Positions 29,001 to 37,654 of a stretch of DNA of 64,000 bases are shown here, in pieces; position 1 is the first letter of the stretch, and the number at the start of each line of letters is the position of its first letter. The stretch covers positions 448,001 to 512,000 of the forward strand of contig CAXXLV010000002.1 of the NCBI GenBank assembly GCA_963664305.2, read 5' to 3'. A program made the translations under genes and the position numbers. This stretch comes from an uncultured Aliarcobacter sp. (lineage in GTDB: Bacteria > Campylobacterota > Campylobacteria > Campylobacterales > Arcobacteraceae). The notes below the pieces were generated by a model that saw nothing but the letters and a program-made list of their open reading frames with translations, was not told where the DNA came from and did no database searches.

Positions 29001-29877
29001 TGCATTTGTTGATACCTTAGTTTCAATTGGGTATGAAATACAAGAGAATAATTTTTATAATATAAAAATTGCAGGAAAACTTGATGAAAAATGGGATTTA
29101 TCAATTGCAACTAGAAATGATGAAGCAATCTTAAATAGAATTTTCCAAAAAGGTGTAAATTCAATTTTAGAAAATGATAAACAAAATGCCTATAATAAAT
29201 GGTTCTCAATTAAGTTTGAACAATCAGTTGATTATATGATTTTATGGAAAATAGCAATTCCTATTTTAATTTTAATTTTTATAACAGTTTATTGGAATAG
29301 AAAACTTTATAATGAAAAAGAAAAAACAAAAAAAGCTTTAAACTCTTTAAAAAATCTCCAAGATATTTTAGAAATAAAAAATCTTCAATTGGAAAAAATG
29401 TCTAATACGGATAAATTAACGAATCTTTATAATAGACATAAATTAGACGATTCTTTAAAATATGAGTTATCAAGATTTCATCGAACAAATATTGGTTTTG
29501 GATTGATTATTTTAGATATAGATTTTTTTAAAAATGTAAATGATACTTTTGGACATAATATTGGAGATAAAGTTTTAATAGAGATTTGTTCAGTTCTTAA
29601 TAAAAATGTTAGAAGTAGTGATATTTTAGGAAGATGGGGTGGTGAAGAGTTTTTAATCATTGTTCCAAATATTTCAAAAGAAGAACTTCAATCATTTGCA
29701 GAAAAATTAAGAAAAGAGGTTGAAGAACATAAATTTTCTACAATAGGAAAGAAAACTTGTAGTTTTGGTTTAACTATAAGTAAAGAGTTAGATAATGAAA
29801 ATTCTATTGTAAGTAGAGCTGATAAAGCTTTATATATAGCAAAAAATCAAGGAAGAAATAGAGTAGAATTTTTATAA
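26038..29877 (+). CDS. Membrane diguanylate cyclase (NMT1-like domain, three SBP_bac_3-like domains, TM, GGDEF)
   Basis: LQLQWKHQFEFAGFY; modules starting YPPLDY, FPPFDF and WMPLE; DIDFFKNVNDTFGH, RSSD I-site, RWGGEEF. Confidence 0.92.
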   Translation: MNNKRYILRLKSVLFFLLTFIFSLNSYAINQEQKIKLQLQWKHQFEFAGFYMAKEKGFYKDLGIDVEFIEFDGKSNIMDEVLNENVQIGVWGSDIINEWLNGKDIVFLANYFKRSPLALITRPEIRTPEDLIGKRVMIPFSDASSASFQQMFKVFNISKDDLILVEPNFDIPNFDKDKIDASSTFLPNEPYHFIKNGLPYNILDPNNYGVEFYEVNLFTSKKFAIENPILVKKFVEATNKGWDYALNNINESVNLILEKYNTQNKTKDALLFEANESKKFILQKNYSLGSIDIEKVRKIAELYIELGFAPKKDNLEDLLFIRNPTTISLTKEEENFLKEHPTIKVASDKFYPPLDYIKNNKPSGYSIELIDILLKSLGFNVEFEIDGNWNNQIESFKKGEIDILTSIFESDFYKDNSILTNSYLKAQDVIVVRNGDDSIQNAFDLKDKVVALPKGYTYLELLKNKGINFTHLEVENMQEALEAVSDCKADATIESDAVMEYLMDKDSYVNLKKVYKIFDNRVGVYHDFFFAVNKEYPVLAQMINKALENLSVIQKRDLKAKWFDKKESQNIKTILLNEEEKRFIKENPIIKVSSETNFPPFDFTIGNQPYGFSIDILNILSKKIGVKFEYQTSDSWSQLYNDFKDKKIDLLHTLTKTPQRENDGIFSDPYIWYETHFITRKDNPEINNIEELNGKILVVGKSWSSEEFISKNYPKIKLLVVDNFEEMLEAVSKGEAYAMIGENLMTRYFIKKKGFTNIKISSAFTDFNSTERTSYRFLTSKDKPILNQLLNKGLNSLTLKELDELEEKWFGKFDIADKIDELNIKLDDDELSYLSKKKLIRMCVDPNWMPLERVNENGFHEGMSADLIKKMAQKLNINIELVKTSSWEQSLEFAKNRECDILSLAMKTEERAKYLDFTTPYLSFPFVIATLDNALFIENIDQILDKQIALVKGYAFSEILKKRYPNKEFIEVSNVKEGLDLLSHKKIFAFVDTLVSIGYEIQENNFYNIKIAGKLDEKWDLSIATRNDEAILNRIFQKGVNSILENDKQNAYNKWFSIKFEQSVDYMILWKIAIPILILIFITVYWNRKLYNEKEKTKKALNSLKNLQDILEIKNLQLEKMSNTDKLTNLYNRHKLDDSLKYELSRFHRTNIGFGLIILDIDFFKNVNDTFGHNIGDKVLIEICSVLNKNVRSSDILGRWGGEEFLIIVPNISKEELQSFAEKLRKEVEEHKFSTIGKKTCSFGLTISKELDNENSIVSRADKALYIAKNQGRNRVEFL

Positions 29878-29888
29878 ATTCTACTCTA
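29859..29888. terminator. Intrinsic terminator overlapping the DGC stop codon
   Basis: TAGAGTAGAATTT-TTAT-AAATTCTACTCTA. Confidence 0.65.
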
Positions 29889-29899
29889 AAAATATTAAA

Positions 29900-30898
29900 T
29901 CATTTTTTTGTAAAGTTATTTTCTCTTTGAGAATATCTAGGTCCAATATTCGGATATTTTTTTAATAATCTATCAATTATTTCAAAATCTTCTTTTTCAA
30001 GAATTACATCTATAGCACCAATATTTTCTTCAAGATATTTTCTTCTTTTTGTTCCTGGAATTGGAATTATATTATCACTTTGACATATAACCCAAGCGAT
30101 GGCTAATTGAGCTGGTGTACAGTTCTTTTCTTTTGCAAAAGTTGCAAATTCATTAGATAGATTTTTATTATTTTCAAAATATTCACCATTATATCTTGGA
30201 AGATTTTTTCTAAAATCATTTGAATTTAATTTATCCAAATCCAAAGTATTTGACATCAATCCTCTACTTAATGGGGCAAAAGGAACTAAAGTTATATTTA
30301 ACTCTTTAGTTAAAGGTAATAAATCATTTTTTAAATCTTGTGTTAAAAGAGAAAATTCACTTTGTAGTGCAGAAATAGGGTGAATTGAATGAGCTTTTTT
30401 TAATTCATCTGCAGTACATTCACTAAGTCCAAGATATTTTATTTTACCTTCTTTTACTAAATCACTCATTGCTCCAATAGTCTCTTCAAGAGCTACACTT
30501 TTATCAATTCTATGAGCATAATATAAATCAATTACATCAGTATTTAATCTTTTTAAACTTTTTTCTACAGCTTCTTTTATATATTTACTAGAACCGTCAA
30601 TATAAACTTCACCACTAAAAGAATCTTTTGTTTCATCTTTCATCCTAAAACCAAATTTAGTGGCAATAAAAACTTTTTCTCTATTGTTTTTTAGAACTTT
30701 TGATATTAATTCTTCATTTTTTCCATTTGCATAAATATCAGCTGTATCCCAAAAATTTATTCCAAGTTCCAATGAACGTTCAAGTGTTGCAAGGCTTTCT
30801 TTATCATCTCTTTCACCATAAGCTGCACTCATTCCCATACATCCTAAACCAATAGTAGAAAGTTCAATATTTGTATTTGCAAATTTTCTGTATTTCAT
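29900..30898 (-). CDS. Aldo/keto reductase (AKR13/YakC-like)
   Basis: IGLGCMGMS, WDTADIY, IATKFG, DLYYAHR, GLSE, IPIPGTKR. Confidence 0.92.
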   Translation of the reverse strand: MKYRKFANTNIELSTIGLGCMGMSAAYGERDDKESLATLERSLELGINFWDTADIYANGKNEELISKVLKNNREKVFIATKFGFRMKDETKDSFSGEVYIDGSSKYIKEAVEKSLKRLNTDVIDLYYAHRIDKSVALEETIGAMSDLVKEGKIKYLGLSECTADELKKAHSIHPISALQSEFSLLTQDLKNDLLPLTKELNITLVPFAPLSRGLMSNTLDLDKLNSNDFRKNLPRYNGEYFENNKNLSNEFATFAKEKNCTPAQLAIAWVICQSDNIIPIPGTKRRKYLEENIGAIDVILEKEDFEIIDRLLKKYPNIGPRYSQRENNFTKK

Positions 30899-30910
30899 TT
30901 TTTACCTTTT

Positions 30911-31489
30911 TTATTTCAAGAAAGAGTTAACTTCTTCAATTGTATCTATGTCTATTGCTAAATCTTTATCAAGTTTTATATTAATACATTTTTCTTTTTT
31001 TAAGATTTCTCTAGCACCCAAATCAGCATTTAAACTTATCAATTTATCATAATGTTTTTTAGGAAAAATTGCTGGAACTTTTGAATTATTTGTTTCACCA
31101 TATATTGAAGCAATAATAGTTTCTTCTTGAATATTTTTTATTAAAGTTTTATAATGAGAAATAGGTATAAAAGGTTGATCACATAACATAACTAGCGTAT
31201 TATCAAATATTTTTGTCTGATTTATACCGCAAGAAAGAGATGTTCCCATTCCTTCTTTATAATTTTTGTTATATATGATTGTTATATCAAAATCTTTTAT
31301 TTCATTTTCACATTTTTCTTTTTCATGTCCTAAAACTACAAAAATATTTGAAGAGATTTCTAAAGCTTTTTTTACTGTAATTTTTAAAAGAGATTCATTT
31401 TTATATTTTAATAACTGTTTTGGCTCACCCAATCTACTTGATGTCCCAGCAGCTAATATAAGAATTGCAAGATTATTTAGCTTGTTCAT
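30911..31489 (-). CDS. mocA: Molybdenum cofactor cytidylyltransferase (MocA-like)
   Basis: ILAAGTSSRLGEPKQLL, GMGTSL, LCDQP, DLGAR, DIDT; start placed at MNKLNN just after the xdhC stop. Confidence 0.82.
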   Translation of the reverse strand: MNKLNNLAILILAAGTSSRLGEPKQLLKYKNESLLKITVKKALEISSNIFVVLGHEKEKCENEIKDFDITIIYNKNYKEGMGTSLSCGINQTKIFDNTLVMLCDQPFIPISHYKTLIKNIQEETIIASIYGETNNSKVPAIFPKKHYDKLISLNADLGAREILKKEKCINIKLDKDLAIDIDTIEEVNSFLK

Positions 31490-31490
31490 C

Positions 31491-32273
31491 TTAGATTTTT
31501 CCATTTTTTCTAGCTTCAATTTGTGCACAAATTGATAATGCAATAGCTTGATGAGTATTTCCACCAATATCTAAACCAATTGGAGCAAAAAATCTATTAT
31601 CATTTTCTAAATGAAACTCTTTTTTAATTCTTTGCATATTTTTTTTATTTCCCATCATTCCAATATAATTCATATTTGAATTGACTAAAGCTTTCAAATA
31701 AATATCATCAGTTTTTGGACTATGACTTAAAATTACACTTGCATTAAAAGAGTTTAAATCCATAGATAAAATATCTTCAAGATTTTTTAACACTATTAAA
31801 TTATCAGCATCTTTTACAAACTCTTCTTTAATTTTTATATCAATTACTGTTGTTTCCCAACCCATCAAAGTAGCCATTTGAATTAAAGAAGTTACATGAG
31901 CTCCTGAGCCAAAAATTAAAAGTGAAAAAGGTTTTTTTATTAATTTTTCTAAATCTTTATAATTTCCTTCATAAAAAAAAGGTTCTATTTTATATTTTGA
32001 AGTTCCATGACCTGTTGATTCATCTTTAGCAATTGATTCAAAAAAGTTTATCTCTTTTTTTTCTAATGCTATTTTTGATAATTCTAGAATTTTATTTTGT
32101 AAAAAAGGACTTCCTAAAACACCAATAAATTCATTTTGTGAATTTACAAGCATCATATTTCCAACTTTACTATAGGTAGAACCTAGTGTTTCAATAACAC
32201 TAGTTACTACAATATCAAGATTTTTATTTTTACTATTTTTTATAAAATCTAAAATCTTTTTATCTAAAAACAT
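31491..32273 (-). CDS. xdhC: XdhC/CoxI family molybdoenzyme maturation factor
   Basis: GSTYSKVG, LLIFGSG, YIGMMG, FAPIGLDIGG...IALSICAQI. Confidence 0.85.
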   Translation of the reverse strand: MFLDKKILDFIKNSKNKNLDIVVTSVIETLGSTYSKVGNMMLVNSQNEFIGVLGSPFLQNKILELSKIALEKKEINFFESIAKDESTGHGTSKYKIEPFFYEGNYKDLEKLIKKPFSLLIFGSGAHVTSLIQMATLMGWETTVIDIKIKEEFVKDADNLIVLKNLEDILSMDLNSFNASVILSHSPKTDDIYLKALVNSNMNYIGMMGNKKNMQRIKKEFHLENDNRFFAPIGLDIGGNTHQAIALSICAQIEARKNGKI

Positions 32274-32276
32274 TTT

Positions 32277-34421
32277 TTATCCTAGTTTTATAGGAAAACT
32301 TGTATATCTTTTTCCTGTTGCATCATAAAGTGCATTTATAATAGCAGCAAACATAGGAGGAACTCCAACTTCTCCAATACCACCTATTTTTTCACCTGAA
32401 TTTATAATTTCAACGTTGATGTTATTTGGAGCATCTTTGATTCTATTTACTTCATAGTCATAGAAATTATTTTGGTCAACTGCACCATTTGTAAGTGTAA
32501 TTTGAGCATATTTTATATATCCAATTGTAAAGTTTATTGCTCCTTCAATTTGATTTTCAATTCCAAGTGGATTTACTGCCATTCCACAATCAACAGTAGC
32601 CCAAACATTTTCCACTTTATAGTCATTATTTTCAACTTTTACTTTTACAACGTAAGCTACGATACTGCCAAAACTTTCAGCAATTGCAACTCCATAACCA
32701 CTATTTTTTTCTCTATTTTTCCAGTTTGATTGCTTTGAAACATTTTCAAGAAGTTTTATAAATCTTGGCTCTTTTAGATTTTTAATTCTAAAATCCATTG
32801 GGTCAATATTGCTTGCTATTGCAGCTTGGTCTATAATATTTTCAACAATTGGAGCTGAAACTGTGTGTCCAACAGAACGTAACCATAAAACAGAAACTGG
32901 TGAACTTGGACAAAATGCTTTTAAATCATGTGATGTTATTTTATATGGATGGTCATCAAGACCTTCTCTTTGAGTTTTATCAATTCCATCTTTGAACATC
33001 ATTGATTCAAACATTGTACCTTTTGTTAAAGATTGATTTACAATTTTTCCCTCAAATGCTGTAATATTTCCTTTTTCATCAACGGCCATTTTTACGCTAC
33101 TTTTTGTCATAGGTCTATAATAACCCATTTTTATATCATCTTCCCTTGTCCATAATGTTTGAATTGGCCACTCTTCATTTTGTGCAACATATACTGCATC
33201 TACAACAAAATCACTTGCAAGATTTGCTCTTCTTCCAAAACTACTTCCTAAATAGTTGTTATAATATTCTACATTTTCAGGCTCAATCCCTAAGATTTTT
33301 GCAGCTGTCCCTCTATATAAAGTTTGAAATTGTCCACCAACACTCATATAAGCTTTATTGCCTTTATGATGAACAGTACAATTTAGTGGTTCCATTGGAG
33401 CATGGGCTAAAAATGGGAAAGAATACTCAGCCTCTACAACTTTAAAAGCTTTATCAAATGCAGTTTTACTATCACCATCTTTTCTCATAATTGGTAAATC
33501 ATCTTTTTTTAAATATCCATCATACTCTTTTTCTAAATCACTAGTGCTTATTTTTTCAAATTCTCCATTTTCCCACTCAACAACTATAGCTTCACTAGCT
33601 TTTTTTGCTTGATACCAATGATTTGCAATTACAGCTATTTTTTGGTTTGGAAGTTGTTTTATTTTTAAAACTCCATCCATAGTTTTGGCTTTTGAGTCAT
33701 CAAAATTTTTTATTTTTGCTCCAAAAACTCTTGGTTGAACAAGTGCAGCGTATTTCATATCAGGAAGTCTTACATCAATACCAAATTTAGCATTTCCAGT
33801 TATTTTTTCTTCAACTTCAATAGGATGTCTTTTAACTCTTTTTCCTATTAAGTTGTATTCACTTTTATCTTTTAATTTCACATCACTTGGAATTGGCATA
33901 GTTTTTATTTCATCAATCAAACTACCATAAGTTACTTTTTCTTTTGTTCTTTTATTTATAACATATGAGTCTTTTGTTTCAACGTCATAAACTCTAACTT
34001 TCCATTTTTTAGCAGCTGCAGTTTTTAGCATATGTCGTAAGTTTGCTCCAACTTGTCGCACACGTTGCTGTTGAGTTTTTATACTCATAGAACCACCAGT
34101 TAACATCATAGGCATTCCAGGAATATTATAAACATCTTTAACTGGTGCTGGTTCAAAAATAATCTCATCCCAATAAGCATCTAACTCATCTGCAATACAC
34201 ATTGCAATTCCTGTATATGCTCCTTGCCCCATTTCAACTTGACCAAGAATAAATGTGATTTTATTATCTTTGTCTATTTTTATAAAAGCATTTGGTTCAA
34301 TAACTTCTTTTTTCTTTTCAAGTTCTTTAGCCATTCCTTTGATTGGAAGATTAAATCCAATAATAAAAGCTGAACTAACTAGTGTACTATTTTTTATAAA
34401 TTCTCTTCTATTTAAACTCAT
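32277..34421 (-). CDS. iorB: Xanthine-oxidase-family molybdopterin subunit (isoquinoline 1-oxidoreductase beta-like), Tat-exported
   Basis: Tat signal LNRREFIK; EMGQG, TGGSMS, HAPMEPLN, SFGRR, WLRSVG, GGIGEVGVPP. Confidence 0.9.
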   Translation of the reverse strand: MSLNRREFIKNSTLVSSAFIIGFNLPIKGMAKELEKKKEVIEPNAFIKIDKDNKITFILGQVEMGQGAYTGIAMCIADELDAYWDEIIFEPAPVKDVYNIPGMPMMLTGGSMSIKTQQQRVRQVGANLRHMLKTAAAKKWKVRVYDVETKDSYVINKRTKEKVTYGSLIDEIKTMPIPSDVKLKDKSEYNLIGKRVKRHPIEVEEKITGNAKFGIDVRLPDMKYAALVQPRVFGAKIKNFDDSKAKTMDGVLKIKQLPNQKIAVIANHWYQAKKASEAIVVEWENGEFEKISTSDLEKEYDGYLKKDDLPIMRKDGDSKTAFDKAFKVVEAEYSFPFLAHAPMEPLNCTVHHKGNKAYMSVGGQFQTLYRGTAAKILGIEPENVEYYNNYLGSSFGRRANLASDFVVDAVYVAQNEEWPIQTLWTREDDIKMGYYRPMTKSSVKMAVDEKGNITAFEGKIVNQSLTKGTMFESMMFKDGIDKTQREGLDDHPYKITSHDLKAFCPSSPVSVLWLRSVGHTVSAPIVENIIDQAAIASNIDPMDFRIKNLKEPRFIKLLENVSKQSNWKNREKNSGYGVAIAESFGSIVAYVVKVKVENNDYKVENVWATVDCGMAVNPLGIENQIEGAINFTIGYIKYAQITLTNGAVDQNNFYDYEVNRIKDAPNNINVEIINSGEKIGGIGEVGVPPMFAAIINALYDATGKRYTSFPIKLG

Positions 34422-34424
34422 TTT

Positions 34425-34877
34425 TTATCCTTTAGCTACAGTGCTAACTGCTTTTAAAATTTTATTATATGTTCCACATCTACAAATATTTCCATTCATA
34501 GCCTCTTTAATTTGCTCTTCTGTTGGATTAGCATTTGATTTTAAAAGTCCTGCTGCATTTACTAATTGTCCACTTTGACAATATCCACATTGGGCAACAT
34601 CATGTTCTTTCCAAACAACTCTTAATGCTTTTAACTCTTTATCTTCTTGATTTTCAATTGTTGTAATATTTTTTCCTAAAGCATCTTTTAGTGGAGTTTG
34701 ACAACCTCTAACAGCAATATTATCAACTAAAATTGTACATGCACCACACATTCCTACACCACATCCAAACTTTGTTCCAGTCATATTTAAATAATCTCTT
34801 AAAACCCATAATATTGGTGTATCTTCTGGAATATCATTTAATGTATAATTTTTATTATTTATAGTAATGTCATTCAT
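34425..34877 (-). CDS. iorA: (2Fe-2S) subunit (isoquinoline 1-oxidoreductase alpha-like)
   Basis: GTKFGCGVGMCGACT, QCGYCQSGQ, NICRCGTY; start placed at ATG 34877 after the AGGAG RBS. Confidence 0.92.
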   Translation of the reverse strand: MNDITINNKNYTLNDIPEDTPILWVLRDYLNMTGTKFGCGVGMCGACTILVDNIAVRGCQTPLKDALGKNITTIENQEDKELKALRVVWKEHDVAQCGYCQSGQLVNAAGLLKSNANPTEEQIKEAMNGNICRCGTYNKILKAVSTVAKG

Positions 34878-35010
34878 AATTTCTCCTAAGTTATAAAAAT
34901 CTAATATATTTTTATTATATTGAAAAGAATAAATAAATGATAGAATGATTTTCCACATCTATTGCCTATTTCTCCAAATTATGTGATAATTTTAAAATTA
35001 GGAGTAATTT

Positions 35011-35904
35011 ATGAATTATAGAGAAGAATTGATTTTTTTAATAGAAAATAAAAAATTTAGTGATGGAGTGATAAATACTAATATCCCAGCTTTGAGATTT
35101 TATACAACAAAACAAACTTCAGAATTTGTTAGTGTGATTTATGAACCCTCATTATGTATAGCAATTCAAGGTTCAAAAGCAGTTGGTTTTGGTGAAGATA
35201 TGTATAGTTATTCTTCTGAAAAATATTTAATCGTGTCAACTCATATTCCAGCAAATGTAAGAATAGAAAAAGCATCTATTGAAAAACCATATTATTCAGT
35301 TATTATAAATTTTACATTAGAACAAATCTATGAAGTAATAAAAGAGTTAGATGAAAATTCAAAAAAGAATGAAGATAAAATTTTTCATAAAAGTCTTTGT
35401 TTTGATAAATTAGAAGATGATTTATTAGAACCAATTTTTAGATTTGTTAAATTATCTTTTAAAGAAGAAAATGTGGATTTTTTATCAAATCTTGTATTAA
35501 AAGAAATTATTTATATTTTACTAAAAAGAAATGGTGATTTTTTTAAACAATATGTTTTAGAAGGTTCTATTACAAATCAAATAGTCAAAGCTATAAGTGA
35601 GATAAAGAATAACTTTAATAAAACAATAAATATGAAAGAATTATCAAAACTTGTTGGAGTTAGTGAGTCATCTTTATATTTAAATTTTAAAAAAGTGACT
35701 TCAATGAGTCCATTACAATTTCAAAAGAAAATAAGACTAGAAGAAGCTAAAAATATTTTATTGAGTCAAAATATTGAAGCATCTGATGTTGCTTTTAGTG
35801 TAGGTTATGAATCTCCTTCTCAATTTAGTAGAGAATACACAAGAATGTTTGGAATGTCACCAAAAGCTCATTCGATTTTTATAAAAAATAATGAAATGAG
35901 TTGA
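35011..35904 (+). CDS. AraC family regulator (YqhC-like N-terminal domain)
   Basis: IYEPSLCIAIQGSK; MSPLQFQKKIRL; VGYESPSQFSREYTRMFG; divergent from iorAB. Confidence 0.92.
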   Translation: MNYREELIFLIENKKFSDGVINTNIPALRFYTTKQTSEFVSVIYEPSLCIAIQGSKAVGFGEDMYSYSSEKYLIVSTHIPANVRIEKASIEKPYYSVIINFTLEQIYEVIKELDENSKKNEDKIFHKSLCFDKLEDDLLEPIFRFVKLSFKEENVDFLSNLVLKEIIYILLKRNGDFFKQYVLEGSITNQIVKAISEIKNNFNKTINMKELSKLVGVSESSLYLNFKKVTSMSPLQFQKKIRLEEAKNILLSQNIEASDVAFSVGYESPSQFSREYTRMFGMSPKAHSIFIKNNEMS

Positions 35905-36067
35905 TATTTAAAATTTATTTTTATTATTAAAAATTATTTTATCTTTTAATGGATAAATATTTGAAAAAGGTGTTTATTTTGTATATATTTATTATAGTAT
36001 GATATAAGAAATAAAATGATAGAATTTAATGAAAAAATTTAAAAATAATATTTAAAAAAGGTAGGAT

Positions 36068-37564
36068 ATGCTTAATCTTGGAGAAATCGAAAATTGGCTA
36101 AAAGAACATTCTATTAATAATTACATGATTTCAGAAGATTTATATGTATCAGTACAAGGAAATGTAAATTTAAACGAGAGATTAAATGGTAAAAAAATAC
36201 CTATTAAATTCGATAGAATAGAAGGATATTTTGATATAAGCAATAACAATTTAACTACATTAGAAGGTTGTCCTAAAGTTGTAGTAAAAGATTTTAATTG
36301 TTCAAAAAATAAATTAGTTTCACTATTCGATGCTCCTACAGAAGTAGGGGATTTTGATTGCTCTTATAATCAATTAAAATCATTATCATATGCTCCAAAA
36401 GAGGTTAAAGGAAGTTTTAATTGCTCATTTAATGAACTAACATCAATAAAAGCAAGTCCAAGAACTATTAAAGGACACTTTAAATGTAACGATAATAAAT
36501 TAGTATCTTTAGAAGGTGGACCTAAAAATATTGATACTTATTTTGATTGTTCTCACAATTTTATAGAAAGATTAGTTGGTGGTCCAATTACAGTTAAACA
36601 TGATTATATTTGTAATGGAAATAATTTAAGTGATTTAGAAGGTATTGCTGATGAAATTGGTGGAGATTTAGTTACTGATATAAAATTAAATAATTTAACA
36701 TCAAGATTTAATGAAGAAGACAAATATTGGAAATATAAAGGTAGTGATGTAATAGCACATATTTATAAACCAATGGTTGCATTAAATAATAATGAAGATA
36801 TTTTAAATTGGTTAAATAAATATGATATTAAAAGTTTTACTATTTTACCTGATGGTTCAGTTGATGTTCAAGGGGATGTTAAATTATCAAATAGATTAAC
36901 AAATTTATTTAAATTACCAATTAATTTCAATTCTGTTGATGGGGATTTTGATATTAGTGAAAATGAATTAGTGTCATTAGAGGGAAGTCCAAAAAAAGTT
37001 GGTGGAAGTTTCCTTGCTCATAAAAATGAATTAAACTCTTTAAGAGGTGGACCAAAAGAGGTAAAAGGTAGTTTTATCATCTTACATAATAATATTACAT
37101 CATTATTAAATTCACCTACAATGGTAAAAGGTGATTACATCTGTTCACATAATCCATTAAGAACTTTAGAAGGTATAAATACCGTTTTAGGATATGTTTT
37201 TACAGGTGTTTATGTTCCAAGATTAAAATGTCAAAAATATAACTATAAAGGCGTAACAACTTATAAATATCCAGGTGATTCAGTAATGAAATATTTGGAT
37301 GAAGAGTATATCTCATTAACAGATGAAGAAAAAGCATTTGAAGCAACTAAAAAGAATTTAGAAAAAGTAATCAAAAAGATGCTAAATGCCGGAACTTTAA
37401 CTAAAGAGATGATTAACGATACTTTAATTAAAAACTTAACTAAGTATCAATTAGACCAATTAAAAACTAAAGTTTTATGGATTAAAAATCCACCAAATGA
37501 AGATAATAGTGATATCGTAAGTGAAGAAGATATCATGAAATTAGCTTTTGAAAAAGAGCTATAA
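36068..37564 (+). CDS. Cytoplasmic leucine-rich-repeat protein with two duplicated modules
   Basis: About 11 repeats of 20-21 aa, consensus VxGxFxCSxNxLxSLEGxPKx; duplicated cap I.NWL....I....I..D..V.VQG.V.L. Confidence 0.8.
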   Translation: MLNLGEIENWLKEHSINNYMISEDLYVSVQGNVNLNERLNGKKIPIKFDRIEGYFDISNNNLTTLEGCPKVVVKDFNCSKNKLVSLFDAPTEVGDFDCSYNQLKSLSYAPKEVKGSFNCSFNELTSIKASPRTIKGHFKCNDNKLVSLEGGPKNIDTYFDCSHNFIERLVGGPITVKHDYICNGNNLSDLEGIADEIGGDLVTDIKLNNLTSRFNEEDKYWKYKGSDVIAHIYKPMVALNNNEDILNWLNKYDIKSFTILPDGSVDVQGDVKLSNRLTNLFKLPINFNSVDGDFDISENELVSLEGSPKKVGGSFLAHKNELNSLRGGPKEVKGSFIILHNNITSLLNSPTMVKGDYICSHNPLRTLEGINTVLGYVFTGVYVPRLKCQKYNYKGVTTYKYPGDSVMKYLDEEYISLTDEEKAFEATKKNLEKVIKKMLNAGTLTKEMINDTLIKNLTKYQLDQLKTKVLWIKNPPNEDNSDIVSEEDIMKLAFEKEL

Positions 37565-37654
37565 AAAATAGATTAAGTCCTAAATATATTTTTTTGGATA
37601 TAATCGTAAAATCAATACAATTAAGTAAATAAAATAAATGGAGAGAATTATAAT

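Noticed and set aside
36200..37200. Periodic DNA similarity that could suggest a CRISPR array or tandem repeat
   Set aside because: The periodicity is at protein level (63-nt LRR units with divergent codons) inside one ORF; no identical repeats with spacers and no cas genes
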